Below, in pieces: positions 61,803 to 64,000 of a stretch of 64,000 nt of DNA. Numbering within the stretch: position 1 is the first letter of the stretch; each line of letters opens with the position of its first letter. Position numbers and translations under genes: made by a program. Origin of the DNA: Nanobdellati archaeon (GTDB lineage: Archaea > EX4484-52 > GLR71); assembly GCA_019429005.1 (NCBI GenBank), contig JAHYJR010000003.1:1-64000 (forward strand), read 5' to 3'. A model generated the notes under the pieces. That model worked only from the letters and a program-made list of their open reading frames with translations. It was not told the origin of the DNA and searched no databases.

Positions 61803-63998
61803 TTCTACATCAGCAACAGTAATACCACTTACAGTCACTTCAGTTTTACCAGCAAGAGCGGAACTGAATGTGTTGTAGTTCTGTAATACATAAGCTGCGT
61901 TACCTGTATCAACTGCACTATAACCTGCAACGATTAAAGCAACGGAACCATCACCGAATGCATTATCAACAATTTGGATTTTTGCTTTATCTTTGTTGAT
62001 TCTTACACCAGTCTCGTCCTCAGCTCTCCAATCAGTAGCAGCCATTGCTTTACCATCTGCAGCAAGCTCAGCAACAAGTGTGTTTACAGCTGGACCACCT
62101 ACAAGAATTAGGTTTCCGAGTTTCTCTGCGTCACTCACTTTACTGTCAAGTTTTGCAATACCAGCAGTTGGAATAGCTGGAACAGATACAGATGCACTAG
62201 CACTGGATGTTGTACCATCAGTAGTTGAAGTTGCAACAGACATTCCTGGCTCACCTACGAATACTTGAGCTACGGATGGAGACTCAGCATAGGATATCTT
62301 TGCATTCAATGGACCATTACTATCACCAGATAACTCAATAGAAGTACCCCATTTTGTTATACCAGTATATAGGTATGTATCGCCAACTTGTGCAAGAGAT
62401 GCACTAGTACCTGTTAAGTAATTAGCAGTAACACCAGTTGATGTATATGCACTAATACCATATCGGTTTGTTGATGCAGCTGTATAAACTGCATTAACAA
62501 CAATTACGGAATTCGAACCAAATACACTATCAGGAACTCTATCAGCACCATCTTCAGTTACAGTTACAGTTACATCACCAGAAGTCTCATTTACAGCACC
62601 GATATCAATCTTTGCTGCATTAGGTGTATATATTGAAGTTACACCAGCATCCATAATATCACCATTTCCATTCATATCAACAGTCAAATTTGAAATTGAT
62701 GGAGTAGCTGAATTAAAGTCTACAACATACTTAAATGGTATACCTGCAACATAAAAGAAATTGTCTTCTGCATCATTATATGAATATATAGTAGTTGCAC
62801 CAGTTCCAAGATCTTTTATTGTTGTTTTGCTTGCTGTAGAACCTACATCAAAACTTGTTATTTGTAACAGTTTAGATCCAGTATCAGCTGTACCTATTGT
62901 AAAGTATTCAGTTTTTTTAATAGCTATACCTTCAGTAAGAACAATTGAATAGTTAGATTTATCTGCAAGATAAAAATTTGTTCCATCAAAGTGTGCAAAT
63001 TGAAGTGTAGCCATACCAGACACAGTTGGTAAAGTTATAGCCATGGTTGAACTTCCATCCTGTTTAACAGTTATAGTTTCCCTACCAGCAGCATTCATTG
63101 CAGGATCAATTCCATTGAATTGGAATTTTATTGCGTTAAATACCGGCTCAGTAATACTATTACCAACAGCAACAAAAGAATCTTCATTTGGTGCATAAGT
63201 AATTGTCAAGGAACTGTTAGTTACAGTAGCAGTAGCCCCCTGTATTGTTTCTTCATCCTTTCCAGCTTTTACAGCATTACTTTCAAAGATAAGTTTATCA
63301 GAACCTACGAAAAGTTCAGCATAAGCAGACTCACCAGCTCCACCAGCAGCGGAAGGTGTTTTAGTTGCAGTAACTGTCTTTACATATATTTTAGAATCAA
63401 AACCAGCTATAGAGATATATGATCCTTGAGCGTATGTATCAGTAACACCGTTTACTGTAATAATTGCTTTTGCAGGTATATCAGATGTCCATGAACTCAT
63501 CTGTATTGTTACAGTTTTACCTTCAAGTTCTACTGATTTCTGAGCACCACCAGCATCAACTGTCATTTTCTCGCCACCACCATATAATACTAATTTCGTT
63601 AGTTGAAGCTCATCTACAGCACTTGAGAATGTGTAATCTTTACCGAACATATTGATTGTTTTTCCAGATAATGTTGTATAATCAACAGCATTCTCAAACA
63701 CAACTTTCATTGTAGTAAGTAATTCATCTGTAGGAACATCCATATATAATGTTGGTGTTGTTACATCAGTTGTTGGTTTACCGAAAGATACAGTATTACC
63801 ACCAAGGATTAATTGCTGTGTGAATTTTATCTCGTCCTGCTTTGTATTAAGAACAGTTCCGTCTGCAAGAACATTTGGAAGATCAGCTGAAGTAACTCTT
63901 CTTTTTAAAGTATCATTTAATGCACCTTCAAGATATAAGTTAGTTGCAACGGATTTTACTTGTACACCATCTGTTACAGAAGCTGAACCAGCATCGCA
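61800..63998 (-). CDS. S-layer protein (5'-truncated by the window edge)
   Basis: Frame stays open from 63998 (...SADLPNVLADG...). C-terminal NLILVGGPAVN...LIVAGYSAVDT..AA is the S_layer_C-type signature of euryarchaeal/DPANN S-layer proteins. Ala/Thr/Ser/Gly-rich. Confidence 0.85.
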   Translation of the reverse strand, partial: CDAGSASVTDGVQVKSVATNLYLEGALNDTLKRRVTSADLPNVLADGTVLNTKQDEIKFTQQLILGGNTVSFGKPTTDVTTPTLYMDVPTDELLTTMKVVFENAVDYTTLSGKTINMFGKDYTFSSAVDELQLTKLVLYGGGEKMTVDAGGAQKSVELEGKTVTIQMSSWTSDIPAKAIITVNGVTDTYAQGSYISIAGFDSKIYVKTVTATKTPSAAGGAGESAYAELFVGSDKLIFESNAVKAGKDEETIQGATATVTNSSLTITYAPNEDSFVAVGNSITEPVFNAIKFQFNGIDPAMNAAGRETITVKQDGSSTMAITLPTVSGMATLQFAHFDGTNFYLADKSNYSIVLTEGIAIKKTEYFTIGTADTGSKLLQITSFDVGSTASKTTIKDLGTGATTIYSYNDAEDNFFYVAGIPFKYVVDFNSATPSISNLTVDMNGNGDIMDAGVTSIYTPNAAKIDIGAVNETSGDVTVTVTEDGADRVPDSVFGSNSVIVVNAVYTAASTNRYGISAYTSTGVTANYLTGTSASLAQVGDTYLYTGITKWGTSIELSGDSNGPLNAKISYAESPSVAQVFVGEPGMSVATSTTDGTTSSASASVSVPAIPTAGIAKLDSKVSDAEKLGNLILVGGPAVNTLVAELAADGKAMAATDWRAEDETGVRINKDKAKIQIVDNAFGDGSVALIVAGYSAVDTGNAAYVLQNYNTFSSALAGKTEVTVSGITVADVE

Positions 63999-64000
63999 TG

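Noticed and set aside
691-63655. The many 60-150 aa ORFs nested within or antisense to long genes
   Set aside because: Shadow ORFs caused by codon bias. They have no recognisable motifs and overlap well-supported CDSs.

Overview
AT-rich archaeal chromosomal segment, most likely from a DPANN-type archaeon. This is inferred from an S-layer gene with an S_layer_C-like tail, an archaeal SRP RNA, a TtuA/Ncs6 thiolase, an ADP-dependent sugar kinase, TATA boxes in front of apparently leaderless genes, and gene decay. The first ~9.5 kb holds housekeeping genes (LacD-type aldolase, DusB, tRNA-Ser(CGA), S16 protease, SRP RNA, ADP-PFK/GK), a GILT/thioredoxin-like surface oxidoreductase, and two relics (pyrE with four in-frame stops and a GHMP-kinase C-terminal fragment). 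The rest is a minus-strand cell-surface cluster. It is dominated by a single 36.4-kb ORF (12,128 aa) encoding a signal peptide, beta-rich super-repeats, Cys/Asp clusters, one TM helix and a cytoplasmic HerA/FtsK/VirB4-type P-loop ATPase. A 1,393-aa paralog with the same membrane-proximal module and a ~78% identical ATPase follows immediately, then a coiled-coil protein. This adhesin-ATPase fusion pair is the best candidate for an undescribed trans-envelope attachment or transport system. All calls are from manual reading of the sequence and ORF track; no database searches were run.
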